A stretch of 64,000 nt of DNA from Thermoanaerobaculia bacterium. GTDB lineage: Bacteria; Acidobacteriota; Thermoanaerobaculia; Multivoradales; Multivoraceae. The DNA lies in assembly GCA_963666565.1 (NCBI GenBank), contig OY762911.1:1792001-1856000 (forward strand). The letters run 5' to 3'. Of the stretch, positions 20,001 to 29,598 are shown in pieces (the first letter of the stretch is position 1; every line of letters begins with the position of its first letter). The notes under the pieces were generated by a model. It ran no database searches. It was not told the origin of the DNA and saw nothing but the letters and a program-made list of their open reading frames with translations. The position numbers were made by a program, and so were the translations under genes.

Positions 20001-20149
20001 CCGCTGGGTGCGCGGGTCTTCTGACCCGCCCCCGGGGCGAAACCGCGAAGCGGCGCAGCCCGGACAACAAGGCCGCCGGCCGGAGGCCGGCGACGATGTT
20101 TGAGGCCGCCTTCGGCGGCAGCGGGTCGGAAGACCCGCGCACCCAGCGG
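20001..20149. mobile_element. 149-bp REPIN/MITE-like element with 29-bp terminal inverted repeats
   Basis: 20001-20029 CCGCTGGGTGCGCGGGTCTTCTGACCCGC matches the revcomp of 20121-20149 with 1 mismatch. Confidence 0.8.
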
Positions 20150-20172
20150 AGAAGTCTCGCTAGGGTAGACGA

Positions 20173-22521
20173 GTGATGGGCGCCTTGAAGTCGACCTTGT
20201 GTCGGCGAGTCCGCGGCCTGCCGGCGTGCCTCCTGGCGGCGGTTCTCGCCGGTCCTCTTGCCGCCGTTTCGGTGGGGCCCGAGCAGGAAGCCGCGGTCGC
20301 CGACGATGATCGGGCGGCCCACCACGGCCAGGTCGACGAACGGATCGACGTCGTCGGCCTCGCGCCGCTCGACCGGGCGGGCGAGCCGGCCGACCACGTT
20401 CCATGGAGCGTCCATCGCGTGGCGGCGGAAGCCCTCGACCTGTCGGCGGTCTCGGGCGTCGGCGCCCTGCTCGAGGCGGAACTGCCGGGCGTGAGCCTGG
20501 CGCCGGCCCAGGGGAGCGCCTTGCAGTCCGACGTTCTCTACCGGGGCTTCGGCGCCTCGCCGCTCCTGGGCGCGAACCAGGGGCTTTCCGTTTACGAAGA
20601 CGGCGTGCGGGTCAACGAGATCTTCGGCGACGTGGTGGCCTGGGACCTGGCGCCGACGTTCGCGGCCGAACAGGTGGAACTCCTGCCGGGCGCGAACCCG
20701 ATGTTCGGCCTGAACACGCTCGGCGGGGCGCTCGCCCTGACCACCCGGAGCGGCTTCGACTCGGAGCGGCTCGACCTGACGCTGGAGGCGGGTTCTTCCG
20801 GCCGCCGGGCGGGCGAGTTCGGCGCCGGCGGCGAGTTCGGCGCCGACGACGAGTACGGTTGGTTCGTTGGCGGTCGCTCCTTCGAGGAGGACGGCTGGCG
20901 CGACTTCTCGCCCAGCTCGCTGCGGCAGGCGTTGGCGAAGCTCTCGCATCGTGGCGAGCGCGAGCGGATCGACTTCGCGGTCGGCGTCGCGGACAACGAC
21001 CTGATCGGCAACGGCGTGACGCCGGTGGAACTGCTGGAAGTCGACCGCGCCGAGGTCTTCACGCATCCGGATCGGACCTGGAACGAGCTGTTCTTCCCGC
21101 GGCTGCGGATCGGCCGGACGATCGGACCGGGGCTTGAACTCGAAGCGCAGATCTACCTTCGCTCGAACGATGTCGCCACCTACAACGCGGACGCCTTCGA
21201 GGGCGACGACGACGATGAGGACGATGACCACGGTCATGACGACGACCACGATGACGACGGCGATCACGACGACGACCACGATCACGACGCCTTCGACGCG
21301 GTCAACAACCGGAGCCGCACCGAGCAGGAAGGCCTCGGCGGCTCAATCCAGATCTCCGGTCTGACCGAATCGGGCCGTTGGCTCGCCGGCGCCTCGTGGG
21401 ACGGCGGGCGCGCCGACTTCGCCTTCGAGACGGAACTCGCCTCGCTCACCGGCACCAGGACGACGATCGGCAGCGGCGTGCTGCTTCCCGGTTCCGAAGT
21501 CGGACTGAGAGCCGACACCGGCCACGCCGGCCTGTGGGCGCTGCGACACTGGACAACTGCCGGCAACCGGCTGACCTGGACCCTCCAGGCCCGCTACAAC
21601 GACAGCCGGATCGAGCTCAACGATCGACTGGGCACGGCGCTGGACGGCGATCATGGCTTCTCGCGGCTCGTGCCGTCGGCGGGCTTCGTTTGGGAGGCGC
21701 GAACGGAGGGTCGTTCATCGTTGCTCCTGTTCGGCAACGTGTCGCAGTCGTCCCGCGCGCCAACGCCGGTCGAGCTCACCTGCGCCGATCCGGACGACCC
21801 GTGCCGGCTGCCGAACGCCTTCGTCGCCGACCCGCCGCTCGACCAGGTGGTGACGACCAGCGCCGAACTCGGGCTCCGTGGAGGCGACGGTTCGCTGCGG
21901 TGGAGCGCGGCCCTGTTCCGCAGCGACAGCCGGGACGACATCGTCTTCGTCTCCAGCGGCGCCGGCACCAGCGCCGGCTACTTCACGAACGTCGACGCGA
22001 CCCGCCGCCAAGGGCTCGAACTGTGGCTGCGCGGCAGCCACGGCCGGCTGAACTGGGATGCCTCCTGCACGCTGCTCGACGCGACCTTCCAGGATCGCCT
22101 GACCCTGTCGAGTCCGCCGCACCCATTGGCCGAGGACGGAGAGATCGAGGTCGAACCGGGAGACTTCCTGCCCGCCGTGCCGCGACGCCAGTTCCGGGGC
22201 GCCGCCGACGTGAGAATCGGCGACCGGATGGTGCTGGGGGCGCGCCTGCTCGGCGACTCGACCCGCTACCTGCGAGGCGACGAGGCGAACCTGCTGGAGC
22301 CGGTCGGCTCGGCCTGGCGCGGCGACCTCTGGAGCCGCATCGAACTCACCCCGTCGCTCGACCTCGATCTCGAGGTGTCCAACGTGACGGACCGTGAGTA
22401 CGCGACGTTTGGCGCCCTTGGGGAACCCGACGAGGTGCTCGGCGACGGCTACGAGAGTCCGCGCTTCCTGAGCCCGGCCGAGCCGCGCGCGTTCCGCGCG
22501 TCGCTCCGGTTGCGACTCTGA
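20173..22521 (+). CDS. TonB-dependent receptor with an Asp/His-rich loop
   Basis: Plug motifs (YRGF.ASPLLG..QGLSVYEDGVRVNE, NPMFGLNTLGGAL), RAPTPVELTCADP..PC.LPN, and a C-terminal beta-strand RASLRLRL. Confidence 0.9.
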   Translation: MMGALKSTLCRRVRGLPACLLAAVLAGPLAAVSVGPEQEAAVADDDRAAHHGQVDERIDVVGLAPLDRAGEPADHVPWSVHRVAAEALDLSAVSGVGALLEAELPGVSLAPAQGSALQSDVLYRGFGASPLLGANQGLSVYEDGVRVNEIFGDVVAWDLAPTFAAEQVELLPGANPMFGLNTLGGALALTTRSGFDSERLDLTLEAGSSGRRAGEFGAGGEFGADDEYGWFVGGRSFEEDGWRDFSPSSLRQALAKLSHRGERERIDFAVGVADNDLIGNGVTPVELLEVDRAEVFTHPDRTWNELFFPRLRIGRTIGPGLELEAQIYLRSNDVATYNADAFEGDDDDEDDDHGHDDDHDDDGDHDDDHDHDAFDAVNNRSRTEQEGLGGSIQISGLTESGRWLAGASWDGGRADFAFETELASLTGTRTTIGSGVLLPGSEVGLRADTGHAGLWALRHWTTAGNRLTWTLQARYNDSRIELNDRLGTALDGDHGFSRLVPSAGFVWEARTEGRSSLLLFGNVSQSSRAPTPVELTCADPDDPCRLPNAFVADPPLDQVVTTSAELGLRGGDGSLRWSAALFRSDSRDDIVFVSSGAGTSAGYFTNVDATRRQGLELWLRGSHGRLNWDASCTLLDATFQDRLTLSSPPHPLAEDGEIEVEPGDFLPAVPRRQFRGAADVRIGDRMVLGARLLGDSTRYLRGDEANLLEPVGSAWRGDLWSRIELTPSLDLDLEVSNVTDREYATFGALGEPDEVLGDGYESPRFLSPAEPRAFRASLRLRL

Positions 22522-23079
22522 AGGTGGAAGTCTGGAAGCCGTGGCGCGGTCCCAATCGTTCTGGGATCGGTCGCTCTTTGTCCGCGAAGTCTCTGGCGCC
22601 GTCGGTAGTCTCTCTCTGACGTTAGACTTCGAGGTGGCGGTATCCGACTCCGCGACTGCATCTGACGCCCACGGCCAGCAAGAGGCGTGCGGGCCAGCTT
22701 CGTTGGCTCCTACCACCAAGGCCAACGCCAGGAAGACGGCGAAGCGCTCCGACGGCAGGTCGATCTGGTCAGGCTCGTGTTGGCCTCAGCCGAGCTGGGC
22801 TAGTAAACGCAGAAGGTAGCCGGCCTCGCGCACCCGCTGCGAGCGTCGGGATTCGTGCGCGACGGTCAGTTCTCTCGCCTGAATCCTGCGTGGCGAAGCG
22901 GCGCCCGCCAGACGGCATTCCCGGGACTTCGTGGTCATCGGCCTCGTCCACTACCGGCTCAACTGTAAACGCCCCTTGTTCAAGGAGGCTAGACTGAACG
23001 GTCCTCCGATGGCGACCCCTGAAGATCTTCCCGCGCGCTCTCGACCCGACGCTTCGGGCGGCAGGCCGGGAGTGCGGCC

Positions 23080-23781
23080 TTGAAGCTCTACTGGTGTCCC
23101 GGCACCCGGGCGAACCGCGTCGTCTGGATACTCGAGGAGTTGGGCGTCCCGTACGAGACGGTCTACGTCGACATCTTCAAGCCGGAGCGAAGCGACGAGT
23201 TCCTGGCCGTGAGCCCGATGGGCAAGGTGCCGGCCCTGGACGACGGCGACGTCTGCATGTGCGATTCGGCGGCGATCTGCCTCTACCTGGCGGACCGCTA
23301 CGCGCCGGGCACGCTGGCGCCGGCCGTGGACGATCCCGACCGCGGGCGGTTTCTCCAGTGGATGATCTTCGCGCCCGGAGTCGTCGAACCGGCCGTGACC
23401 GAGACGTTCGGCGGCACGGCCGGCGACACCCGCGCCAACGGCTGGGGGGACTTCGACCGCATGGTCCGGACCTGGGAGCGGGGGCTGGGCGACAATCCCT
23501 GGATTCTCGGCCAGCGTTTCACGGCCGCGGACGTGATGCTCGGCGCCACGGGCGTGCTGTTCCAGCGCTTCAAGCTGTTCCGCGGTCATCCGGCCCTCTC
23601 GGACTACATTGCGCGCTGCGAACGGCGGGAAGCGTTCCGGAGGGCGCTCGCCGTGGACCGGGCGGGGCCGAAGAGTTTCCCCGCGCGAGTCCAGGCGCTC
23701 GCCATGGGCGCCGCCGCGTCCATGGTCTGGGCGCGCAAGCCGGCATACTGGTTGCTCGACCGTCTGCGGAAGCGAACGTGA
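23080..23781 (+). CDS. glutathione S-transferase family protein
   Basis: KLYWCPGTRA, SPMGKVPAL.D, DSAAICLYL and FTAADVM. Confidence 0.9.
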   Translation: MKLYWCPGTRANRVVWILEELGVPYETVYVDIFKPERSDEFLAVSPMGKVPALDDGDVCMCDSAAICLYLADRYAPGTLAPAVDDPDRGRFLQWMIFAPGVVEPAVTETFGGTAGDTRANGWGDFDRMVRTWERGLGDNPWILGQRFTAADVMLGATGVLFQRFKLFRGHPALSDYIARCERREAFRRALAVDRAGPKSFPARVQALAMGAAASMVWARKPAYWLLDRLRKRT

Positions 23782-24362
23782 AGCTGTACTGGAGTCCGGG
23801 AACGCGGGCGATCCGGGCCGTCTGGATGCTCGAGGAAGCGGGGCTCGACTACGAGCGGGTTCCGGTCGACCTGAGTCGCTCGGAGCGCGGCCCCGAACTC
23901 CTCGCCGCGAGCCCGATGGGCAAGGTGCCCGCGCTCGAGGACGGAGACGTCCGGATGTGGGAGTCCGCGGCGATCTGCATGTACCTGGCCGATCGCTACG
24001 CTCCGGGCCGGCTCGCGCCGGCGGCGGACAGTCCGGACCGCGGCCTCTACCTGCAGTGGATGCTCTTCGCGCCGGGCGCGATCGAACCGGCCGCCGCGGA
24101 GAAGGAAGCCGGCCGGCTCAGCGTGCCGCGCGTGAACGGCTGGGGCAGCTTCGAGAAGACGATCGAGACCTGGGAGCGGGGCCTGGCCGGCGGCGCCTGG
24201 ATCCTGGGCGACCGGTTCACCGCCGCGGACGTCATGCTCGGGAGCTGCGCCATCGGGATGCGCGCCGCCGGCACGCTGCCGGCGTCCCCGGTGCTGGAGG
24301 CCTACGCCGATCGTTGTGCGTCGCGGGACGGGTACCGGCGGGCTCTGGCGGCCGACGGGTAG
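23778..24362 (+). CDS. glutathione S-transferase family protein
   Basis: GTG start overlapping the upstream TGA. KLYWSPGTRA, SPMGKVPALED, ESAAI and FTAADVM. Confidence 0.9.
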   Translation: MKLYWSPGTRAIRAVWMLEEAGLDYERVPVDLSRSERGPELLAASPMGKVPALEDGDVRMWESAAICMYLADRYAPGRLAPAADSPDRGLYLQWMLFAPGAIEPAAAEKEAGRLSVPRVNGWGSFEKTIETWERGLAGGAWILGDRFTAADVMLGSCAIGMRAAGTLPASPVLEAYADRCASRDGYRRALAADG

Positions 24363-24367
24363 AGTAG

Positions 24368-24625
24368 GCCGCGCCGTGGGCCAAGTGGGAGCTCGACGGC
24401 TTCGCGGCCCATTTTCGGCTCGGCGACTACGAGAACAGCATGGTCTTCGTCACGTTGGAGCGCCGCGCCACCGAGAATCTCGGGATCAACCCCAGCTACA
24501 AGAAGATCGTGGGGGACAACCCCCAGGATGCCTGGATCTGGGCCGTCAGGTATCACCTGCGACCCGCGTGGCGGCGTTCGGCTGCGGGCCAGGACGGGTT
24601 CGAGAGCGGCACGCGCGGCCCTTGA
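24368..24625 (+). pseudogene. 3' remnant of a probable outer-membrane beta-barrel gene
   Basis: Coding-like frame WAKWELDGF...MVFVTLERR...LGINPSY...AWIWAVRYHL with no intact 5' part (in-frame stop at 24365). Confidence 0.4.
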
Positions 24626-24729
24626 CGCTAGACTTGCCGTCCGCGTTCCATCCGTGCGCCCGGCAACGGGCATCCGGACCGATTCACGGGTGGCGCGGGC
24701 CGCGTCAGGCGGCTGCGCCTGGCATCACG

Positions 24730-26277
24730 ATGACCATCCGTTCCACGGTACTGCGCGCCTCTTCGGCTTCGGCGCTTCTTGTCGCCGCCTGTTCGCTCGC
24801 TCCGGCGCCCGAGTTGCCGGAACCGGCGGCGGACATGCCGGAGCGGTTCACGGCCCCCGCGACGTCCGGGGACTACGAGGCGCTCGATTGGTGGAAGGCG
24901 TTCGGCGATCCGACGCTCGACAGGATCGTCGAGGCCGTCTCCTCCTCGAACCTGGACATGGCCGCGGCCGTTGGCCGCATCCGGCAGGCGCGCGAGCGGG
25001 CTCGCATCGCCAGGGCGGCGACGCTCCCCGTGGTCCAGGGAGGCGCCGGCCTCGCCAGCATCGACACGCCCATCAACGCCGGCTTCGGCGCCCAGATCCA
25101 GGAGCTGGGGCTCGAACAGCTCTTCCCCGAGTTCGCGCTGCCGGATCGCCTGGCGCTCACGACCTGGTCCGTGAACGCCGAGTTCGCCTACGAGCTGGAC
25201 TTCTGGGGACGGGCCGAGAGCGACGCGCTGGCGGCGGGGTCCGAGTTCCTGGCGTCGGCGTCGGACTACCACGCGGCGCGCATCGGCGTGCTGGCCGAGA
25301 CGATCGGGACCTACTTCGAGATCGTCGACTTCCACCGCCAGATCGAGTTGACCACGGAGATGGTCGACGTGCTCCTGGAGCGCGAGCAGGTGGCCGCGGC
25401 CCGCTACGACCGCGGACTCGCGGACTCGCTCGACCTCCACCGCGTTCGGCAGGACCTGCGGAACACGCAGGCGGGCCTTACCGTGCTGGCGAACGGTCTC
25501 GCCGGCGGCGAGTCGAGGATGGCCGTTCTGCTGGGCGGCTACCGCGAGGACGTCGAGGCGCTCCTGGGCACGATCGCGGCCCCCGAAGCCCCGGCCGACC
25601 CGGTCCCGGCGGGGATCCCGGCCGATCTCCTGGCCCAGCGGCCCGACGTGATGGCCGCGAGGCACCGGATGGAGGCGGCCCGTCACGCCGTCTCCGCCCG
25701 CCGGGCGGAACTTCTGCCCACGCTCTCCCTCTCGGGCTCGATCGGCCTCCAAGCCTGCAAGAGCTGTCCGCCCGGGGTGCGGGGTTCCGAGATCGACGAG
25801 CTGTTCAGGGTGGATCAGTGGTTCGCGAACCTGGCGGCGAACCTGCTCGCCCCGGTCTTCAACGGCGGGCGGCTGCGCAGCAACGTCTCGCTGGCCGAGG
25901 CGCGCTTCAGCGAGGCGGCAGCGATCTACGGACAGACCGTGGTGACCGCGGTCAACGAGGTCGAGACATCTCTCGCGGTGATGGAGAACGAGCGGCAGAG
26001 GCAGGACCTGCTCCGTTCCCGGCTCGAAGAAGCGCGGGCCACGGTCGACGTGCGCTCGCAGCGATACGAAGCGGGAATCGGCGGCTATCCCGACTACCTC
26101 GACGCGCTGCGGACCGAACTGGCCGTCGAGTCCGCGCTGACGAGCGCCGGGCGCGACCTCGCCCTGGCGCGGCTCGCCATCCACCGGGCCCTGGGCGGCG
26201 CCTGGACCGGCGCGGCGCCGCCGGGCGGCGAGGCGGCCGCCGCCAGCTCGAACCGGACCGAAGAACCGGCCAGTTAG
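24730..26277 (+). CDS. RND efflux outer membrane factor (NodT/TolC-like lipoprotein)
   Basis: Lipobox LVAAC; WWKAFGDPTLD, YELDFWGR, LLAQRPDV and ALGGAW. Confidence 0.92.
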   Translation: MTIRSTVLRASSASALLVAACSLAPAPELPEPAADMPERFTAPATSGDYEALDWWKAFGDPTLDRIVEAVSSSNLDMAAAVGRIRQARERARIARAATLPVVQGGAGLASIDTPINAGFGAQIQELGLEQLFPEFALPDRLALTTWSVNAEFAYELDFWGRAESDALAAGSEFLASASDYHAARIGVLAETIGTYFEIVDFHRQIELTTEMVDVLLEREQVAAARYDRGLADSLDLHRVRQDLRNTQAGLTVLANGLAGGESRMAVLLGGYREDVEALLGTIAAPEAPADPVPAGIPADLLAQRPDVMAARHRMEAARHAVSARRAELLPTLSLSGSIGLQACKSCPPGVRGSEIDELFRVDQWFANLAANLLAPVFNGGRLRSNVSLAEARFSEAAAIYGQTVVTAVNEVETSLAVMENERQRQDLLRSRLEEARATVDVRSQRYEAGIGGYPDYLDALRTELAVESALTSAGRDLALARLAIHRALGGAWTGAAPPGGEAAAASSNRTEEPAS

Positions 26278-26382
26278 GAGTGTTCGCAGCCGCAAGGCTG
26301 CGGTGTCGCGCAGGGAACGAGGCCGCACACTGGGGACGCGGGCGCACCCGGTCTGTGCCGCGCAACTCCCAGGCCCGGTCGC

Positions 26383-27000
26383 TCAGCCCGGGACTTCCGC
26401 CGCCTGCGCCTTCTGGAACGCCGGCCTGGCCATGCAGCGGTCGCCGTAGGCCTCGAGCGCCGGCGACTCGGGAAGCATCCCGAACATGCGCAGGAAGACG
26501 GCGCTGCTGCCGAGCATCACGTCGGCAGCGCTGAACTCGTCGCCCAGGATCCAGGGGCCATCGCCGAGTCCCGCCTCCCAGACCTCGATCGTCTTGGCGA
26601 AACTGCCCCAGCCGAGCCGCCCGGAGTTGAACGCTTCGGCCTGGTGCTCCTCGGGCACGACGGTCCGGAGGCCCGACTCGAACATCGCCGGCTCGATCAT
26701 CGCCGCCGAGTAGATCAGCCAGTGGACGAAGCGGGCGCGCCGCGGATCGTCCAGCGCCGGCGCGAGCCGGCCGGAGGCGTAACGGTCGGCGACGTAGAGG
26801 CAGATGGCCGCCGAGTCCCACATCTTCACGTCGCCGTCCTCGAGCGCCGGTACCTTGCCCATCGGGCTCGCGGCCAGATGTTCCGGCGTCCGCTCGGGCT
26901 TCGTGATGTCGACATGGACGAGCTCGTAGTCGACGCCCGCCTCCTCGAGCATCCAGACGGCGCGGCTGGACCGCGTCTGCGGGCACCAGTAGAGCTTCAT
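26383..27000 (-). CDS. glutathione S-transferase family protein
   Basis: MKLYWCPQTRS, SPMGKVPALEDG and FSAADVM. Confidence 0.92.
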   Translation of the reverse strand: MKLYWCPQTRSSRAVWMLEEAGVDYELVHVDITKPERTPEHLAASPMGKVPALEDGDVKMWDSAAICLYVADRYASGRLAPALDDPRRARFVHWLIYSAAMIEPAMFESGLRTVVPEEHQAEAFNSGRLGWGSFAKTIEVWEAGLGDGPWILGDEFSAADVMLGSSAVFLRMFGMLPESPALEAYGDRCMARPAFQKAQAAEVPG

Positions 27001-27623
27001 TCGTAGGCCTCCGAGTCCAGGTGTTCGGTGCCGGCCGGCGCCCGGCCGATCTCCCTCATGTTCGTGAAGAACCCGCGCACGTCGAGTTCGATGACGACCG
27101 GCGAGTCGCTCTCGTTGAGCCAGAACCAGCCGTGGTTGCCCGAGTAGCCCGCGGTCAGGCCGCCGCGGCCGCCCGCGACGTCGAACTCCTCGGCGTAGCG
27201 GACCGGCTCGTCGTCCAGGTCGTTGAACGGGTCGGCATGGAAGTCCGAGTAGAGCGTTCCGCCGTCAGTTTGCCAAGAGTAGACGATGGTCATCCCCTCG
27301 ATCATCTGCAGCTTGTACTCCATCTGTTCGTTGGCCCCGATCTCGATCGTGACCGTCTCGGCCCGCAGCTCGCGGGCGCCGGCCATCGGCGCCGAGAGCC
27401 CCTCTTCCGCCTCGTCCATCGGCTCGGTGCCGGCCGCCTCGTGGAGCCGGTCCAGGCCGAGCAGGCCGCCGATGCGGGTCGGATCGATGCCGTACTCGGC
27501 CGGCAGGACGACGACGACGAACACGGCCGCCGCCGCGCCGAGCGTGATCGCCACGGTCTTGAGCAGCTTGCGAAGCGGCGGCGTTCCGAGATCGCCGCCC
27601 GGAGCGGGAGTGGAGTCCGTCAT
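26997..27623 (-). CDS. membrane-anchored protein of the family usually paired with HupE/UreJ genes
   Basis: One TM segment, then LPAEYGIDPT, EYKL.M, YSW, DFH and G.HGWFW.N. ATGA overlaps at both ends. Confidence 0.75.
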   Translation of the reverse strand: MTDSTPAPGGDLGTPPLRKLLKTVAITLGAAAAVFVVVVLPAEYGIDPTRIGGLLGLDRLHEAAGTEPMDEAEEGLSAPMAGARELRAETVTIEIGANEQMEYKLQMIEGMTIVYSWQTDGGTLYSDFHADPFNDLDDEPVRYAEEFDVAGGRGGLTAGYSGNHGWFWLNESDSPVVIELDVRGFFTNMREIGRAPAGTEHLDSEAYE

Positions 27624-28312
27624 GACAGTAAGTGACCCGTCAACTGGTAGGCGACCAGCAGGAAACCGACCGTCATCAGCACGGCGTTGGCCGCGAAACC
27701 GTGAGACTGGAAGCGGCCGCTGGCCCGCCAGAGGTTGAAGCTCAGCAGGATGATCGCGAGCGCGGCGAACTGGCCGAGTTCGACGCCCACGTTGAACGAC
27801 ACGATGTTGCCCACCAGGCCGATGCCCGAGATCTCCACCGGCTGCAGCTTGGTCGCCAGGCCGAAGCCGTGGAACAGGCCGAACACGAGCACGGCCGCCC
27901 GCGTGTCGATCCTGACCCCCAGAGCACGGAACCCCCCGAGGTTCTCGAACGCCTTGTAGGCCACCGACAGCCCGACGATCGCGTCGATGAGGTAGGGGTT
28001 GGCGTGGATGCCGCCGAGCACGCCGACCAGGAGGGTGACGCTGTGGCCGACGGCGAACAGGGTCACGTAGAGCGCAACGTCGCGGAACCGGTAGAGAAAG
28101 AAGATGACCCCGGCCAGGAACGCCAGGTGGTCGTACCCGGTCACCATGTGCTTGGCGCCCAGGTACATGTAGGGCCCGACGGCGAGCCCCTCGTTGTTCG
28201 TCAGGAAGAGTTCGTCCTGGTCGGCGACGCCGTGCGCCCACAGGCTGGAGGCGGCAAGCAGCGCCGCCAGCCCCAGCAGCGCGGCGCGTATCGGAAGTCC
28301 GTAGCGCTCCAT
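27620..28312 (-). CDS. HupE/UreJ family membrane protein
   Basis: GAKHMVTGYDHL, GHSVTL, FGLFHGFG and FNVGVELGQ. Confidence 0.88.
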   Translation of the reverse strand: MERYGLPIRAALLGLAALLAASSLWAHGVADQDELFLTNNEGLAVGPYMYLGAKHMVTGYDHLAFLAGVIFFLYRFRDVALYVTLFAVGHSVTLLVGVLGGIHANPYLIDAIVGLSVAYKAFENLGGFRALGVRIDTRAAVLVFGLFHGFGLATKLQPVEISGIGLVGNIVSFNVGVELGQFAALAIILLSFNLWRASGRFQSHGFAANAVLMTVGFLLVAYQLTGHLLS

Positions 28313-28379
28313 GGCGCCGAGGATGGTAGCAGCGCGGAGAGCCAGCGGCCCGACTCGGCGTATCTCTGAGGCCGGGTCG

Positions 28380-29582
28380 CTACCACTTGTGCGACTCGTC
28401 GTCGTAGAGGGAGTCGGGCAGCTTGTAGGACAGCGCGGGTTGGCCCAGGTTCGACACGTTGAGCATCGTGCTGAAGCGGCCCAGCGCCCTGTGGGAGCGC
28501 CAGCCCGGCAGGAACCTGGACCCGAACCTGATCAGGCGGTTTCTGAAGCGAACGAACGGAATCTGGCGCAGCCGGTTGGCGGGCGGGTAGCGGAACTCGT
28601 CGGCCAGCTTGTCGCCGATGAGTTCCCGGGACACCTGATAGAGGAACTGCGCGTAGTCGTGCCGTCTCTGGGGCGTGACGAATCCGAGCAGAATCGGCGC
28701 GCTGTTGACGATGCTGTTCGCCATGATGATCGCGTCGTCGTCGCGGGGGGGCTCGCACATCAGGGCGATCTCGAAGGTCCTGAGCGCCGAGCTGTAGTCC
28801 GTGAACATGATCGACTGCGGGATCCCCATGACCATCCCGGTGTACCTCCAGACGTGAACGTAGCCTTCCCGCTCCTCGTCCGTGAAATCTCCGCCGAGTG
28901 CGGCGACATGCTGCATCAGCCGGGCGGAGAAGGCGGCGGCGCCGAGCAGCATGTGCGCCGTGCTGAGGGGCAGGCCGTGGACGTCCTCGTCCCACTCCTT
29001 CGAACCCCGGACGAGCATTCTCGCCTGGGCATGGACGAGGCGAATGCGCAGGCTGAGGCGCCAGCCGTCGGCGCCCGGTTCGAGTCCTCCGGGCATGAAC
29101 TGCTCGACGAGCTGCAGGAGGTTCTGTTTGAGCCGGCGAACGCCGTTCTCGGTGATGCGGCCGCGAATGCGGAACGACTTGCTGATCAGCGTGGAGAAGC
29201 CCTCGATGATCGCCCCGCCCACCAGGGCGGCCAGGACCATGTCCGAGTTGCGGAGAAAGCCGGAGGTTCCCTTGAGCGCCAGAGCCGGATCGAACCAGTC
29301 CGGTGCCCGGCCCGCTTCGGCGATCAGGTTCTTCAGGGATTCGGGCGTGTCGTGGGGCAGGTCCCCGTGGTGTTCGAGGCAACTGGCGATGATCCCGTGG
29401 ACCCGCGCTGGAGTGGAGGTTTCGGCCAGTTCGGCGACCACCGCGTCGGCGGCGGGGTCGCCGAGCGTCGTGTAGCGGACGTAGGCGTCCGCCAGTTCCG
29501 GGTCGACCCGCCGGGCGGCTTCGTAGCCCGGCGCGTAGCAGGCGGGAATCGGCCACGACGCGGCCCGCGGATCCTGGGTCAT
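28380..29582 (-). CDS. MpaB/Lcp-like (DUF2236-type) oxygenase family protein
   Basis: GDP.ADAVV, PDWFDP, RRL, GW...LRIRLVHAQAR, WD...GLPLS and WRY....MG.PE. Confidence 0.8.
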   Translation of the reverse strand: MTQDPRAASWPIPACYAPGYEAARRVDPELADAYVRYTTLGDPAADAVVAELAETSTPARVHGIIASCLEHHGDLPHDTPESLKNLIAEAGRAPDWFDPALALKGTSGFLRNSDMVLAALVGGAIIEGFSTLISKSFRIRGRITENGVRRLKQNLLQLVEQFMPGGLEPGADGWRLSLRIRLVHAQARMLVRGSKEWDEDVHGLPLSTAHMLLGAAAFSARLMQHVAALGGDFTDEEREGYVHVWRYTGMVMGIPQSIMFTDYSSALRTFEIALMCEPPRDDDAIIMANSIVNSAPILLGFVTPQRRHDYAQFLYQVSRELIGDKLADEFRYPPANRLRQIPFVRFRNRLIRFGSRFLPGWRSHRALGRFSTMLNVSNLGQPALSYKLPDSLYDDESHKW

Positions 29583-29598
29583 GGCGCCGACCTCGCCG

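Noticed and set aside
19118-20176. 352-aa ORF as an intact gene
   Set aside because: The C-terminal part is translated repeat DNA, so it is treated as a truncated gene.
21205-21288. GACGAC-rich repeat as a possible CRISPR or non-coding repeat
   Set aside because: It is in-frame low-complexity Asp/His coding sequence with no repeat-spacer structure and no cas genes.
22522-22980. Lower-GC stretch with short ORFs (22541-22819, 22769-22951)
   Set aside because: No recognisable motif, RNA structure or terminal repeats. It may be decayed foreign DNA, but I cannot support a call.
26285-26302. GCAGCC-GCAA-GGCTGC hairpin between the convergent OMF and GST genes as a terminator
   Set aside because: No U-tract on either strand, so there is not enough support to call it.
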